Part shown: positions 11,972 through 23,065 of the stretch, piece by piece
Layout of the letters: each line of letters starts with the position of its first letter
How positions within the stretch are numbered: the stretch's first letter is position 1
NCBI RefSeq assembly: GCF_011745625.1
Contig: NW_027191472.1
Span: 248,001 to 312,000 of the forward strand
Origin: Cladosporium halotolerans
Lineage: Eukaryota
Length of the DNA stretch: 64,000 nt
Reading direction: 5' to 3'
Made by a program: the position numbers and the translations under genes
Notes under the pieces: model-generated
Seen by the model: only the letters and a program-made list of their open reading frames with translations
What the model was told of the DNA's origin: nothing
Database searches by the model: none

Positions 11972-13414
11972 TCAAACCTGCTGCTGCGCATTTCTCAAAG
12001 CCTCAAGATCCAGCTGCAGCGTCGCCACATCGACAACCTCCCCAAACTTGAACCCAACCCTCTCCAGCCTCCCGACACACTTGAACCCCAGCCTGGCGTG
12101 CAGCCTGCCCGTCGACAGCGTCTCAATCGCCTGCCCCGGTGCAATCGACATGGCCGCTAGAAGCTGCGTCTTCGTGCTGCCGACCACGAGTCGTTGGATC
12201 AGTGCCTCCAGCAGCCGCCGCCCGATTCCCCTGCCTTGCGCATCTGGGTGCACGTACACGCTGTCTGCGGCCGCGGGACGGTAGCCGGCGCGGTCGTTCC
12301 AGGGTGCGGCATAGGCGTAGCCGCAGACGGGTCCAGTGGGTGTGATGGTCGCGACGACGTAAGGCAGGTCGACGGCCGGTGAACGTGTCTGCTGGATTTG
12401 TGCGGCGGTCTGCGCCAGCGATGGGGCTTTTTCGGCGAGCGTGCTGATCGATGTGTTGACGTAGTGGGTGTAGATTTCTGCGATTTGAGGCGCGTCACCG
12501 GGCGTCGCGTCGCGGACTTCGATGTTGTCTAGCATGCTCGGGTTGCTCGGTGCTTCGGGTATGGCAGGATAGGGGTATAGGAGGGGTGCAGGCTGCTCGG
12601 CTGAAAGTAGAGCCTGTGTTTGATCATCCATTGATGAGCCCGGCTGAGTAGGCGTCTCTGGCGTTTCTGTCGGGTGTTCCTCCGCGTACTGCTTCTGTTT
12701 CTCCTTCAGTCGTCTGTAGTAAGTCGCAGGCGAAATGCCGGCTTCCTCCAAGAGTCGCTTGCGATCTGCCTTTCCTAGTGCTCGAGGTCCGCCATTCTCG
12801 TCATCAAGGAGGTCGTCCATGTCCTTCTTCGGCCTACCAACTGGCTTCTGCGGTCCCGGTGCTCTGGTGGGAGACTGTTTGCCCTGCTTCAGAGCTTCGG
12901 TCCTCTGCTGAATCCAACGATAAGCCTGCGCCTGAGCCGGACACCACTCTTCGTCTTGATGGGCTTGCACGAATGCTCGTAGCGGTTTGATGCCGTTCGG
13001 CTTGTCCCATTCCCAGAAGAAGATCGTCCGGTGAGGGGTCAGGTAATTGTCAGTCTCCGTGCGTGACCAATTGTTGCGGTGAAGGATGTCCCAAACAGTG
13101 CTGATGGCGGCCTTCTTGTTGTAGGTGTCTGACATATACTTGCATATGTCTTCCAGGTGGGCGTCGGGGTTTTCTTTCAGGTAAGCAAACATAGCCTTTT
13201 CCTCTTCCTCATTGAAGATCCGGGGCCGGCCTTTCTTGACGTCCTTGTTGATTGGAGGGCGTGGCATGCCGAAGAGTTGCCAGTTTTTGCGCCATTTGCG
13301 AACAGCGCGTTCGCCCACGTTGAATTCTTTCGCGATGGAAGGAACGTCTTTCTCCTCTACGAACAGGGCGTTGTGAATTTGCGCCATTACGGCGTCTGGC
13401 ATAGCGACAGGCAT
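11972..13414 (-). CDS. Chimeric protein: N-terminal IS630/Tc1-transposase-like HTH DNA-binding region plus C-terminal phosphinothricin/methionine-sulfoximine acetyltransferase-like GNAT domain
   Basis: Intronless 480-aa ORF. Residues ~20-118 (IAKEFNVGERAVRKWRKNWQLFG..GRPRIF..YLKENPDAHLEDICKYMSDTY..ISTVWDILHRNNWSR) match the fungal Tc1/IS630 N-terminus pattern. Residues ~298-470 (VRDATPGDAPQIAEIYTHYV..GYAYAAPW..YR..SVYVHPDAQGRGIGRRLLEALI..LHARLGFKCVG..VGFKFG..DV) match PAT/YncA-type GNATs. Confidence 0.82.
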   Translation of the reverse strand: MPVAMPDAVMAQIHNALFVEEKDVPSIAKEFNVGERAVRKWRKNWQLFGMPRPPINKDVKKGRPRIFNEEEEKAMFAYLKENPDAHLEDICKYMSDTYNKKAAISTVWDILHRNNWSRTETDNYLTPHRTIFFWEWDKPNGIKPLRAFVQAHQDEEWCPAQAQAYRWIQQRTEALKQGKQSPTRAPGPQKPVGRPKKDMDDLLDDENGGPRALGKADRKRLLEEAGISPATYYRRLKEKQKQYAEEHPTETPETPTQPGSSMDDQTQALLSAEQPAPLLYPYPAIPEAPSNPSMLDNIEVRDATPGDAPQIAEIYTHYVNTSISTLAEKAPSLAQTAAQIQQTRSPAVDLPYVVATITPTGPVCGYAYAAPWNDRAGYRPAAADSVYVHPDAQGRGIGRRLLEALIQRLVVGSTKTQLLAAMSIAPGQAIETLSTGRLHARLGFKCVGRLERVGFKFGEVVDVATLQLDLEALRNAQQQV

Positions 13415-14265
13415 GATGTATGCACGAGCACACGACGACTGCCAGGAAACGATTTTAATGGGTCAATCCGGCTTGATCAAGTCGAGATGAGATGGATCCA
13501 CCGGCCAGATCGATGGAGTTGATGGTGTAGCTTTCGTGATGCTGTGTGGCAAGCAGCGATGGCGACGCGTATATCTGCGCGTAGCCTGAGCCACCGCAGG
13601 CCAAAGCCGAGTCTGTCTACAGCAGGAAACGACCGTGAGAATGTGTCGATCGTGATTCTGCTCGTTGTCCAGTGGTCGCGTAACGTTTGGTGAGGGTTGG
13701 TTCTCGTTTCTTTTGAGAATGCGAAGCCGCGGTGAGGACGTGGAGTGGAGTGGAGTGACCGGGCCTTTTCCGGGCATCTCACGTGATCTCGGCGACTGCA
13801 CCGTGACCCTAACAACCCTAAGCCCTAATGTCGCAAAGCGAGCCGCGACGTCCTCGCATCACCTCAGCTCCACACGGACATAGATTATCCGACAATGTAG
13901 AAGCAGCCAAGACCCTGAAATAGTCGCATGCCGTCTCTTCACGACTCGCGGATATCCGTTTAACATGTGACCTCGAATAATGAAGATTGAAAGAGTTGTG
14001 AATCCAACACATCTAAGGTAGTCTACCTATCACGACAAGGAAACATCGGACTGTGACATTCCCACAAAGCGCCCCTACACTCCACGCACAGCTGCCCAAG
14101 AGAATCACTCCTACATAAATTCTTCTAGACCGTCAAAAACATAAACTCCTTTTCCGTATCGCACGAGTCGTTGTCCCCTGGTATCATATATCCGAACGCC
14201 TGCCCTAATGCGCTATCACGACAACACGACAAAACAGAAGAGACAGCAAGCTTCGCTAAACGCAC

Positions 14266-14997
14266 TCAAACATTCGCGCGCGAGTGCACTCGCGGCGCGT
14301 TGGTCGGCCGCCTTTCGACCTTGATAGGCTCGCTGTCGACGGCGAGCAACGATGTCGCGCCCTGCTGCGACGAGCCAGACGCTGGCATCTGCACCAGCGT
14401 GATGCGGATGCGATAAGAGCCGTACTGACGCACCAGCAGGCCGGGGAAGGTAAAGTAGCCCAGCGCTAAGCGGCACGGCTGGCTGCGAGCCATCGTTGCG
14501 ACGTGTTCCTCGGGGATCGCGTGCACGGAGTCGAACAGCTTCTGGCCTGTCAGCGAGCCGGATTCCACCGGTACGCGCTCGCCGCTGCGCGTGTCGGCCA
14601 CTAGCGAGGCGACGGCGAACAGGCGGCTGGTGTCGACGTGGCCGCTGTCGGCGGCGCGGTCGGCGGACGGGAAGCGCAGGCTGACCATCGCGGAGGTCTC
14701 GATTTCCATCCCGAGTGGGAAGACTCGCGGGGGCTGCCCAATGACATCGAGCTCCCACTTGGGCTTCGCTGGTGCCTCACCGCTTGGTTGGGCGTTGGAG
14801 GACTTTCGTCTGTGCCCGGAGTCGGACTTGGATGAGGACTTGTGACCAGAGGGTTTGCGGGAGCGTTTGCCGTCGCGATCCTCGGACGCACTGTCCTTCT
14901 GGTGTCGACGGGATGATGTCCGGGATTGGCCTGCATCGACGGCGCGAGGGCCGTGGCTGTCGTAGAGGTAGGTCCTCTGGCTACCGTCTGTGGTCAT
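14266..14997 (-). CDS. Small divergent velvet-like domain protein with a basic, low-complexity N-terminus
   Basis: Good start context (aacaacATG). The C-terminal domain WELDVIGQPP..LFAVASLV..SLTGQKLFDSVH..GYFTFPGLLVRQYGSYRIRITLVQM..SEPIKV resembles the velvet consensus (QQP..L.G..F.F.DL.VR..G.YRL.F.L..S.PF.V). Confidence 0.65.
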   Translation of the reverse strand: MTTDGSQRTYLYDSHGPRAVDAGQSRTSSRRHQKDSASEDRDGKRSRKPSGHKSSSKSDSGHRRKSSNAQPSGEAPAKPKWELDVIGQPPRVFPLGMEIETSAMVSLRFPSADRAADSGHVDTSRLFAVASLVADTRSGERVPVESGSLTGQKLFDSVHAIPEEHVATMARSQPCRLALGYFTFPGLLVRQYGSYRIRITLVQMPASGSSQQGATSLLAVDSEPIKVERRPTNAPRVHSRANV

Positions 14998-17941
14998 GTT
15001 GTTCCGAGGTGGCGGGGTTGCTAGCGTTGATACGATGGCTCCGGGATGATGCCGGACTGACAGGAAACCAAGGTGTTTGAAGGTAGATGGTGATTGGACC
15101 TCAATGCCACTTGCTGGTACAATAGGGTTCTGTGTTCACGTAAGTCTGCGTTTCAAGCTGAGTCGACGGAAGCATTTGCAGGACGTACACGCAGCAGGTG
15201 TGGGCTCACAAGGCGGGTCGGAGTCGGAGAGAGCTCTTGATGTTCCTGCAGTGGGAGGCTGGCGGGCTGCAGTTTGGTTCGGGGATTCAAGCTAAAACTT
15301 GGTCCAGAGCGAAAAGGCGATGGAGGGCGACTGGTCTGAGGATCCGGTCGAAATACGCGGCCGGCAGTTGACTTTAAGTACCTACAACTGAGTCAACAGT
15401 CTGCCTCTTTCAGGCAAAGGATATCATCCTCTCCAGACGTGAGGGCATACCACTTCTCAAACTATTCGTTAGCGCAGCCGGGGAAACGGGATCCGCGCCA
15501 CGATGGCGACATGTTCGACATGTTCGACATGAAGGGCTATTAAGGGCTACGTTGGACCAGCGTCGCCAAACAGGTGTCAACCCCTGTCCTGTAGCGAATG
15601 CCAACCCGATTAGAGAGAGCTGCAGACATAGGCAAGCGGCGGGCGATGCCGTGTGGCATGGGGTCTTCAGCGTTTGGGCCCATTGGCGCGCCCCGGGGAG
15701 CCCTAGATTGATGGAGGCGCGGGTGGATGTCACGATCGGAGACCGGAAATGGACCACTGCGTCGGGCCTCAGCAGGATCTCTCTGGAATCTGTTGGCGCT
15801 CGCTTGCGCACAGCCGAACCACTCAGCCGGCGCCGATCGATTGAGTGCGCGGCGTCATCTGGTGAGATGCTCTGTGAAGGGATACGAAGTGTACGGGACT
15901 GTGGGTGTGTGGGCAAGGAGCAGCGTCGGAGGGTAAGCCGCAGACTATTGATTCGGGCCCGTGGTGACTGGCATCCGTCGGAGTGATGGGTGCTGAGACA
16001 GCAGGCTCACGTGGACGGCGAGGCAGCCCAACCCCCACGAGGTGCCCTTGTGGTGATGGGCGCGCGAGCGACAGGGGAGCGTTCGGGGCCGGCCGTGGCC
16101 CGCGAGCCGGACCCCGAGGATCTCCAGCCTGACACCGGCACGGCGGGCGCTGGAATGGCCCGCGCAACTCTATTCCAAATCTCGGCAGCGCGTGGCGGCC
16201 CTGCCAGCGCCTATCGAATCAGTTCCGATCCAGGCCACCGTCTCACCCGCCCGCGCCATCACCGCATCTTGCAGGCACCAGGCCGTAGGATCCCGGCAGG
16301 GGCCCGCCGAGACGATGCGCTCGAGCACTTCCAATCTGCGTCGTGGTGAGTGCTGTATCAAGGAGCGTCTGGCGCCCGGCCGCCTGCATCGCACTATAAT
16401 GCCTGCTCTGCTCGGGAGCTGCGGCGGGCCCACTTGCTAACCCGAAGAAGGCCTCGCACCCTCATCGCGCCTCGACTGCACTATGTATTTGACATGTAGC
16501 CTGCACTGTATCTTGTCCGGCGCGTGCAGACACAGATCATTGAGTCCGGCTCCCTGCCCGGCCCATCCCCCGAGCTAATCTGATCTGCAACCTGTCACTT
16601 TAAACTTTCCTCTCAGCTCCGTCCGCACTGCGCCAGCGCCATAGAGCTCACAAAGACACGCCTCGGTCGCGCCCCGAGGTTTGCACGCCTGCATGACATC
16701 CTGCGCCAATCCCGTCGCCCACAGTGCTGGGCGCGGCAGCCGCGGTAGCGATGCGCCAGCGCCGCGAGCACGGCGCCTGCAGCTGAGCGTTTGCGTGACC
16801 TAGGGTAACTCGGATCGAGCGCCCTCGTGCTGATTTCATTTACCCCATCTGATCACGGCTGATTGCCTCATGACGAGATGCGCGCCTGCAGGCCTGTCTA
16901 GATCAGATCGAGTCGATGAGCTGTGGTACAACAACCGAGTGCCGCGGAGTTCCCTTTTGAACCTTGCTTGCGTTGCGCGGCATGCAGCTGCTGCGATTGA
17001 GCGTCAGCAGAAGGAATGTTTAGGGCAGATTGTGTTGTTCCTCAAGTAAGGTGAGAGGCCATGCCACCGGGACGCCCGATCAGGGGCTGACTCCGTCTTC
17101 GCTGCGGGTGGCATTGTTGGCATGCCTTCTGCCCTACATGCAACTCGCCTTGCGCTGAGCCTGCTGGGACGCACGGCGATCTCGATTCTTGTGCATCCTG
17201 CATCCACGCCTGCGGACACGGCATGACATAGGCACGCTAAAGGTCAGCGCCGGCTGTATGTGCACCGATCGAGCACATGCGTACGCGGCTGGGGAGCAGG
17301 CAAGCGGCGGCTGAAAACCCTCGGTCAGCGTCTGCGGCCGCAACAGACGCTTTGCAGGAGACGGCTTTGCTGGAGATATGCAGATGCGTGCGAGAAATGG
17401 GCGATGCAGCCGCGGCGGCTTCGGGTGTCGTCACAGGTGCAGAAGGGCACGGCGTGGCCGATCGGAGTCGGCTCGGAGCGAGCGAGCATCATTCCGAAAC
17501 GTGAATATAACTCTCGTCGGCGTCTCATGCCCGAGGAATCCTAATGGTCTTGCCGCGAAGCCGTCGTCTCAAGCGGATACCTGTATGTACCTGTCGCCGA
17601 AAGAGGAAGCTCAAACATCGAAAGCTTGGCAAAACACTACGGCTAATTTGAGGAGCAAGAGAAATCCTCGTCAGACTCCGAGTCCCCGTTTTCTCCAAAC
17701 GAGTCGATTGATTTGACTGCGTCTGCGAGATGTAGATGAGATGAGATCATATCTAATCGCAAGATCTAATCGCCTTCACCCGGGCCGTGCACGCGCTGCT
17801 CCTGCGGCACGCGTTTCTGGGGAAGCTGGAAGTTTGGCGTGGTCAAGGAGCGAGCACCTTGAAGGCCAACGTACCACTTGGAAGTCGTCCAATCGTCCAG
17901 AGACGTGGCTCGCATACCACGACCGCTCACTTCGCACCATC

Positions 17942-20900
17942 ATGGCCCGACTCGGGCGCATGGGCTTCCTCGCCCTCGCCGTCGTTTTCCACGTCATCTA
18001 TGTCTTCTCCATCTTCGACATCTATTTCGTAAGCCCGATCGTCACCGGTATGCGGGCCTTTGGCGTCGATACGCCGAAGGCTCCCGCGAAGCGATTGGTG
18101 CTTTATGTCGGTGTGTAGAAGATTCGCGCATTATGTTAGCTCTCCACCATCTGACCGTAATCAGGCGATGGCCTCCGCGCCGACAAGGCTTTCCAGTACT
18201 TCCCCGATCCTTCGCCTGAAGACCCAAACGATCCCGCTTCGCTCGAACCCCGCCCATTGGCACCCTTCCTCCGATCGCGAGTCCTTGAGCATGGCACATT
18301 CGGCGTTTCGCATACCCGCGTACCCACGGAGTCTAGGCCTGGACACGTAGCCTTGATCGCAGGCTTGTACGAGGATGTATCGGCTGTCACAACGGGTTGG
18401 AAGTTGAACCCCGTCGACTTCGACAGCGTCTTCAACAGGAGTAGGCATACGTGGAGTTGGGGCAGTCCGGACATCCTGCCTATGTTCAGCACGGGCGCTG
18501 TGCCTGGACGGGTGGAAGACTACACCTACGGCGCGGAATTTGAGGACTTCAGCAAGGACGCCACGGAGCTGGACTTCTGGGTTTTCGATCGCGTCAAGCA
18601 ACTCTTCAAGGATGCCGAGACGGATCCGGAGCTTGATGCGCGGTTGAGGCAAGACAAGCTGGTGTTCTTCTTGCATTTGCTTGGACTGGACACCACTGGA
18701 CATGCGTACAGACCGTATTCGAAAGAGTACTTGCACAACATCAAGATCGTGGATGAGGGGGTCAGGGAGATCACAGAGCTGATCAATAGCTTCTACGGAG
18801 ATGACGAGACGGCTTTCGTCTTCACCGCGGACCACGGCATGAGCGACTGGGGCAGCCACGGAGATGGACATCCGGACAACACAAGGACGCCACTGATTGC
18901 GTGGGGATCGGGTGTCTCGAAGCCTGTCACAGCCGCTGAAGGCAAAGCTCCTGGGCATGAAGATGGATTCTCGAGCGACTGGCATTTGGATCATGTCAAG
19001 CGTCATGATGTTGCGCAAGCTGACATCGCAACCTTGATGGCGTACCTCGCCGGGCTGGAGTATCCAGTGAACTCGGTGGGCGAACTGCCGCTATCGTTCA
19101 TTGACTCGGACGACAAGGAGAAGGCTAAAGCTATGCTTGTCAACGCGCGCCAGATCTTGGAGATGTATCGCATCAAGGAGGAGCAGAAAAAGGCCACCGA
19201 ATTCCGATACAAGCCGTACCACGGCTTCGCGAAAGCCGAACAGACCGTCGACCACCGTCTCTCGTTGATCGAGCAGCAGATCCAGGACGGCCACTACGAC
19301 GAAGCCATCAGCAGCTCAGATGAGCTCATGCAACTGGCGCTCCAGGGTCTTCGCTACCTTCAGACCTACGACTGGCTTTTCTTGAGAGCGTTGATCACAA
19401 CAGGTTACCTCGGCTGGATCGCCTTTGCTTTCACCACAGCCGTTGACTTACATATGCTGGGCGGCAAGGTCGAAACATCGCGGACCAACACTAGCATTGT
19501 CGCATTTACCTCGTTTCTTGTCCTTTTGTACAGCTTCCTTTTCGCTCAGTCTTCGCCACCCCAGTATTACGCTTACGCCTTCTTCCCGGTCATGTTCTGG
19601 GAGGAGGTATATGCTAGGCGACAGGCCTTGGCGGAAGGCAAGAACAAGCTCTTTTCGAACTTCGAGAAGAGCGACACGATGAAGTTCAGCCTCAACCTTG
19701 CCTTGTATATCGGCATCTTGGAAGTCATGGTAAGCTCAGAATGAACACTTGCTACACATTACGCACGCTTACCATCGATTCATAGGTCCAAAGTTATCAG
19801 TACCGTGAAGTCTACACAGTGTGCTACCTTCTCGCCACTGCATGGCCGTTCTTCTACGGAACTGGATTCGTCCGGAAGAACTGGGTCCTCTGTAGCACAT
19901 GGGCTTGCGCCTGTACTGCTATGAGCATATTCACGCTTCTGCCCGCCATGAAAGTTGAAAGCGCCGGCCTCATCCTTCTTGGCGGCTTGCTCATCTTGTT
20001 GGTCGGAGTTTTGTACGTCCTACTTGAGAAGAGCCTGCTCGTACAAGCTGCTCCTGGAAAGGCTGGTCTTGCCTCGAACAAGGCGGACGGGATCTCTCGC
20101 ACCATTATGGGTGTGCAAGTCGGACTCGTCGCTTTGGCAATGTTGGTCACCCGTTCCAGCGTGAGCTCGCTCCAGGCGAAACAAGGCCTGCCGCTTGGTA
20201 CCCAAGTGGTTGGATGGGCGACTCTGATTGCCTCTCTCGTGGTGCCTTTCCTTCACGCGCTCCAGCCGCAAGACCACTACCTTCACCGCCTCGCAATCAC
20301 CTTCCTTGCGTTCGGCCCTCTCTTCGTCATCCTCACCATCTCCTACGAAGGCCTCTTCTACTTCGCCATCGCAATCACCCTCCTCAGCTGGGTCCGCCTC
20401 GAGCACCGCATCCACCAATCCTTCTCCTCACCAACCCCCCTCCCCCAACCCACCGCCAACGGCTCCGCACTCAAATCCGAACTCACAACCCCCCTCTCCC
20501 CCGCCGCCACCGCGGCCAGCACCCGTGACCGCGCCCTCCAAACCGGCGCCTACCGCTCCCTCACCCTCTCCGACGCCCGCATCTGCCTCTTCTTCCTCTT
20601 CCTCCTGCAGTCCGCCTTCTACAGCACGGGCAACATCGCCTCCATCTCCTCCTTCTCCCTCGACGCCGTCTACCGCCTCATCCCCATCTTCGACCCCTTC
20701 AGCCAGGGCGCCCTGCTCGTCCTCAAGCTCCTCGCGCCCTTCGCGCTCGTCTCTGCGAATCTGGGTATTCTCACGAAGCGCTTGCGCCTAAGGGGCGGAA
20801 GCTTGTTCGCGGTCGTTATGGCGATCGGAGATTATTTGACGCTGAGGTTCTTTTGGGAGGTTAAGGACGAGGGGAGCTGGTTGGAGATTGGAGAGAGTAT

Positions 20901-21084
20901 TACGAAGTTTGTTATTGCGAGCTTGCTTTGCATTTTCGTCGCGGGGCTGGAGGGCATTAGTGAGTTGTTTGTTAGGGGTGTGGAGTTTGCTGATGAGCAG
21001 GAGGGGGTTCTTGGGAGCAGTAGTGCTGGGGAGGGCGATAGGAGGGCTAATGGTGGGGTTGGGGAGGTGAAGGGCGCGGAATAG
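17942..21084 (+). CDS. MCD4: GPI ethanolamine phosphate transferase 1 (PIG-N), exons 17942-18110, 18165-19729, 19786-21084
   Basis: Motifs SIFDIYF.SPIV, RLVLYVG|DGLRADK, SHTRVPTESRPGHVALIAGLYED, HLLGLDTTGH, TADHGMSDWGSHGDGHPDNTRTP, a multi-TM PigN C-terminus, TGNIASISSF and EGSWLEIG. Introns are canonical. Confidence 0.97.
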
Positions 21085-21387
21085 AATAGATATATTTGAG
21101 AGACGGGCGTTGAGAGTAGTATATTGTACATTTGAGCAAAGGAAATTCTTTATTTCGGGTCTTCTTTACGGACTGTTTTTCTAGTACTCGAAGCGTGTCG
21201 CCCGCTTGCAGACTTGCTTTGTGGCCATTTTGCGGCTGGTCCATTTACAGCCAACGCGGTCGAACAATTTGAAAAGAGAAAACCAAACCATTACGCTTCC
21301 GAACCAAACTCCACGCTGTCAAGACAATGTTCAAGTCCTTATTCAAATCCCAAGCTCATGATGACCTGGATATATAGAGTCCGCTTC

Positions 21388-23065
21388 TCAACAGGGGCTG
21401 TTCTTGGGACTACTGACCCAGCCCCAAATGTCGTCAGTCTCATCGGCTGCGCTCTTTACCTCCGGGTCATTGATGACGGCGTCTCCAGTAGTGCGGCCAT
21501 TGCTAGGCGAGAGAGGAATCTTTCCACCTTCGTCGCTTGCTCCCTCGAGGAACTCCTCGGACGCGGGATCTTGTATCCAGGGAATCCAGGCCCCAGCGAT
21601 TGCCTCTTCGTCTCCCTCCACTGCGGTGATGGTTTCTTGCTCTTCCGGTTCTTGAGGATGGATGGCAGAGGCTGTTAGAACGTCGTTACCTGCACCTTTG
21701 GCTGCGCTGGCGGCTTCTGTTGGTGGAGCTTCCGCAACCAATTCTTTGATGGCTGCATTTATGCCGCCATTTGCCGTAGTATGGGCCTGTCCGCTGGACA
21801 TTATCTGGTAGTCTTCCTGCTCTTTTATCGGCTGCTGTTGCTCCTGTGAGGCAATCGAGTAATGCTGGCCTGAGCCGTAATGTTGCTGGCTGACAGGCTG
21901 CAACGCAACAGCTTTATCCACAGCGGCGGGAGACTGGCCCGGTTTTGCCGACATAGACGAGAACGCAGACCAGCGCGGATCGTAGGATCCCATCATCGGC
22001 GATACGGGGCTGATGGTTTGAGAGAGTGGTTTCGGGGAGCAAGTGGAGTAGTTGCCGAGCTCGCTCGGAGGTACGAGGTCAGGCGTTTGGACCGGTGATG
22101 CAGATGGAGAATCTGGATCCGCTTTTTCGGAGGCTGGAAGCTCTGCTGTATGGGCAGGGGGAGCTATGTCTAGAATCGGTGCGCTTCGCATCATGTGGGC
22201 ATGTATTTGGTGCTTGCGGTAGAATATGTAGAACAGAATGACGGAGGCGATGAGGCCCAGCGGGACGCCAATACCAGCGCCAAGGGCCGTTGGAGAGTAT
22301 CCTTGATGAGTGACTGTTTTTGCCATAGATGTATCATTTCCTGGCAATGGCGAGGACGTACCAATGTACGCGCTCTCGGTGGGGGTGGTTCGACTGGTTG
22401 AGCGTGTCGAGCTTGTTGAGCGTGTTGAGCTTGTTGAGCTAGACCCCGACGTCGTGAATGCTATAGTAAGTCAGCCCACTATCCGATATCCATGAGCTTG
22501 AGATGATGTATACTTCGGGGATCCGAGGGCGTAGACGATGTCGAACTTGTGAATGACACGGATGTTGATGTGGCAGACGTCTCGCTTCGAACCACTGCGA
22601 TAGAGTAGGCGTCACCGATCGTGAACTGTTCGAACCGATCCATCCCACAGCAGCCTTGTGACAAGCCTTGAATTGGGCAGCATGCACTGTAGCCGTCCGA
22701 AAGGGAATCACAAATTTGAATGTATTCAAACCTGTCAGACCGCATCGCTGATTGTTGTCAGTCACACATTCTACTTCAAGTGCCATGTTGGTATAATCAC
22801 CATCAACACAGAAAGTCGCGCAATTGGGATCGTCCCAAGACCTGGAGGTGCATGAGTGTCGCTGGACGATTTCATCAGTCTCAGAGAGACAGATCCCGTC
22901 AGAATAGCATATGCTGTTCGGGGGACAGCAGGCACCCCCATTTTCCAAACAAGGGAAGCCGTCCAGCGCCAAATCTCCGTTCGGAAAATAGCACTCAAGC
23001 GCTGAAGCTCGGATACTGCTCGCCAGGAAGAGTACAAGCGCAAGCTCCCAGATCAAGGACATCAT
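21388..23065 (-). CDS. Type-I membrane surface protein (Mid2/WSC-like architecture): signal peptide, Cys-rich 'CYFPNG' domain, Ser/Thr stalk, one TM helix, disordered cytoplasmic tail; 2 probable introns
   Basis: MMSLIWELALVLFLASSIRASALECYFPNG..ACCPPNSICYSDGIC..RHSCTSRSWDDPNCATFC, an intron near 22800-22748, ICDSLSDGYSACC..GCC, an intron near 22513-22461, then an S/T stalk and TM ALGAGIGVPLGLIASVILFYIFYRK. Intron borders are approximate. Confidence 0.75.

Noticed and set aside
11900..13900. Intact Tc1/mariner transposon around the HTH-GNAT gene
   Set aside because: No DDE/DDD catalytic domain, and no terminal inverted repeats or TA duplications were evident.
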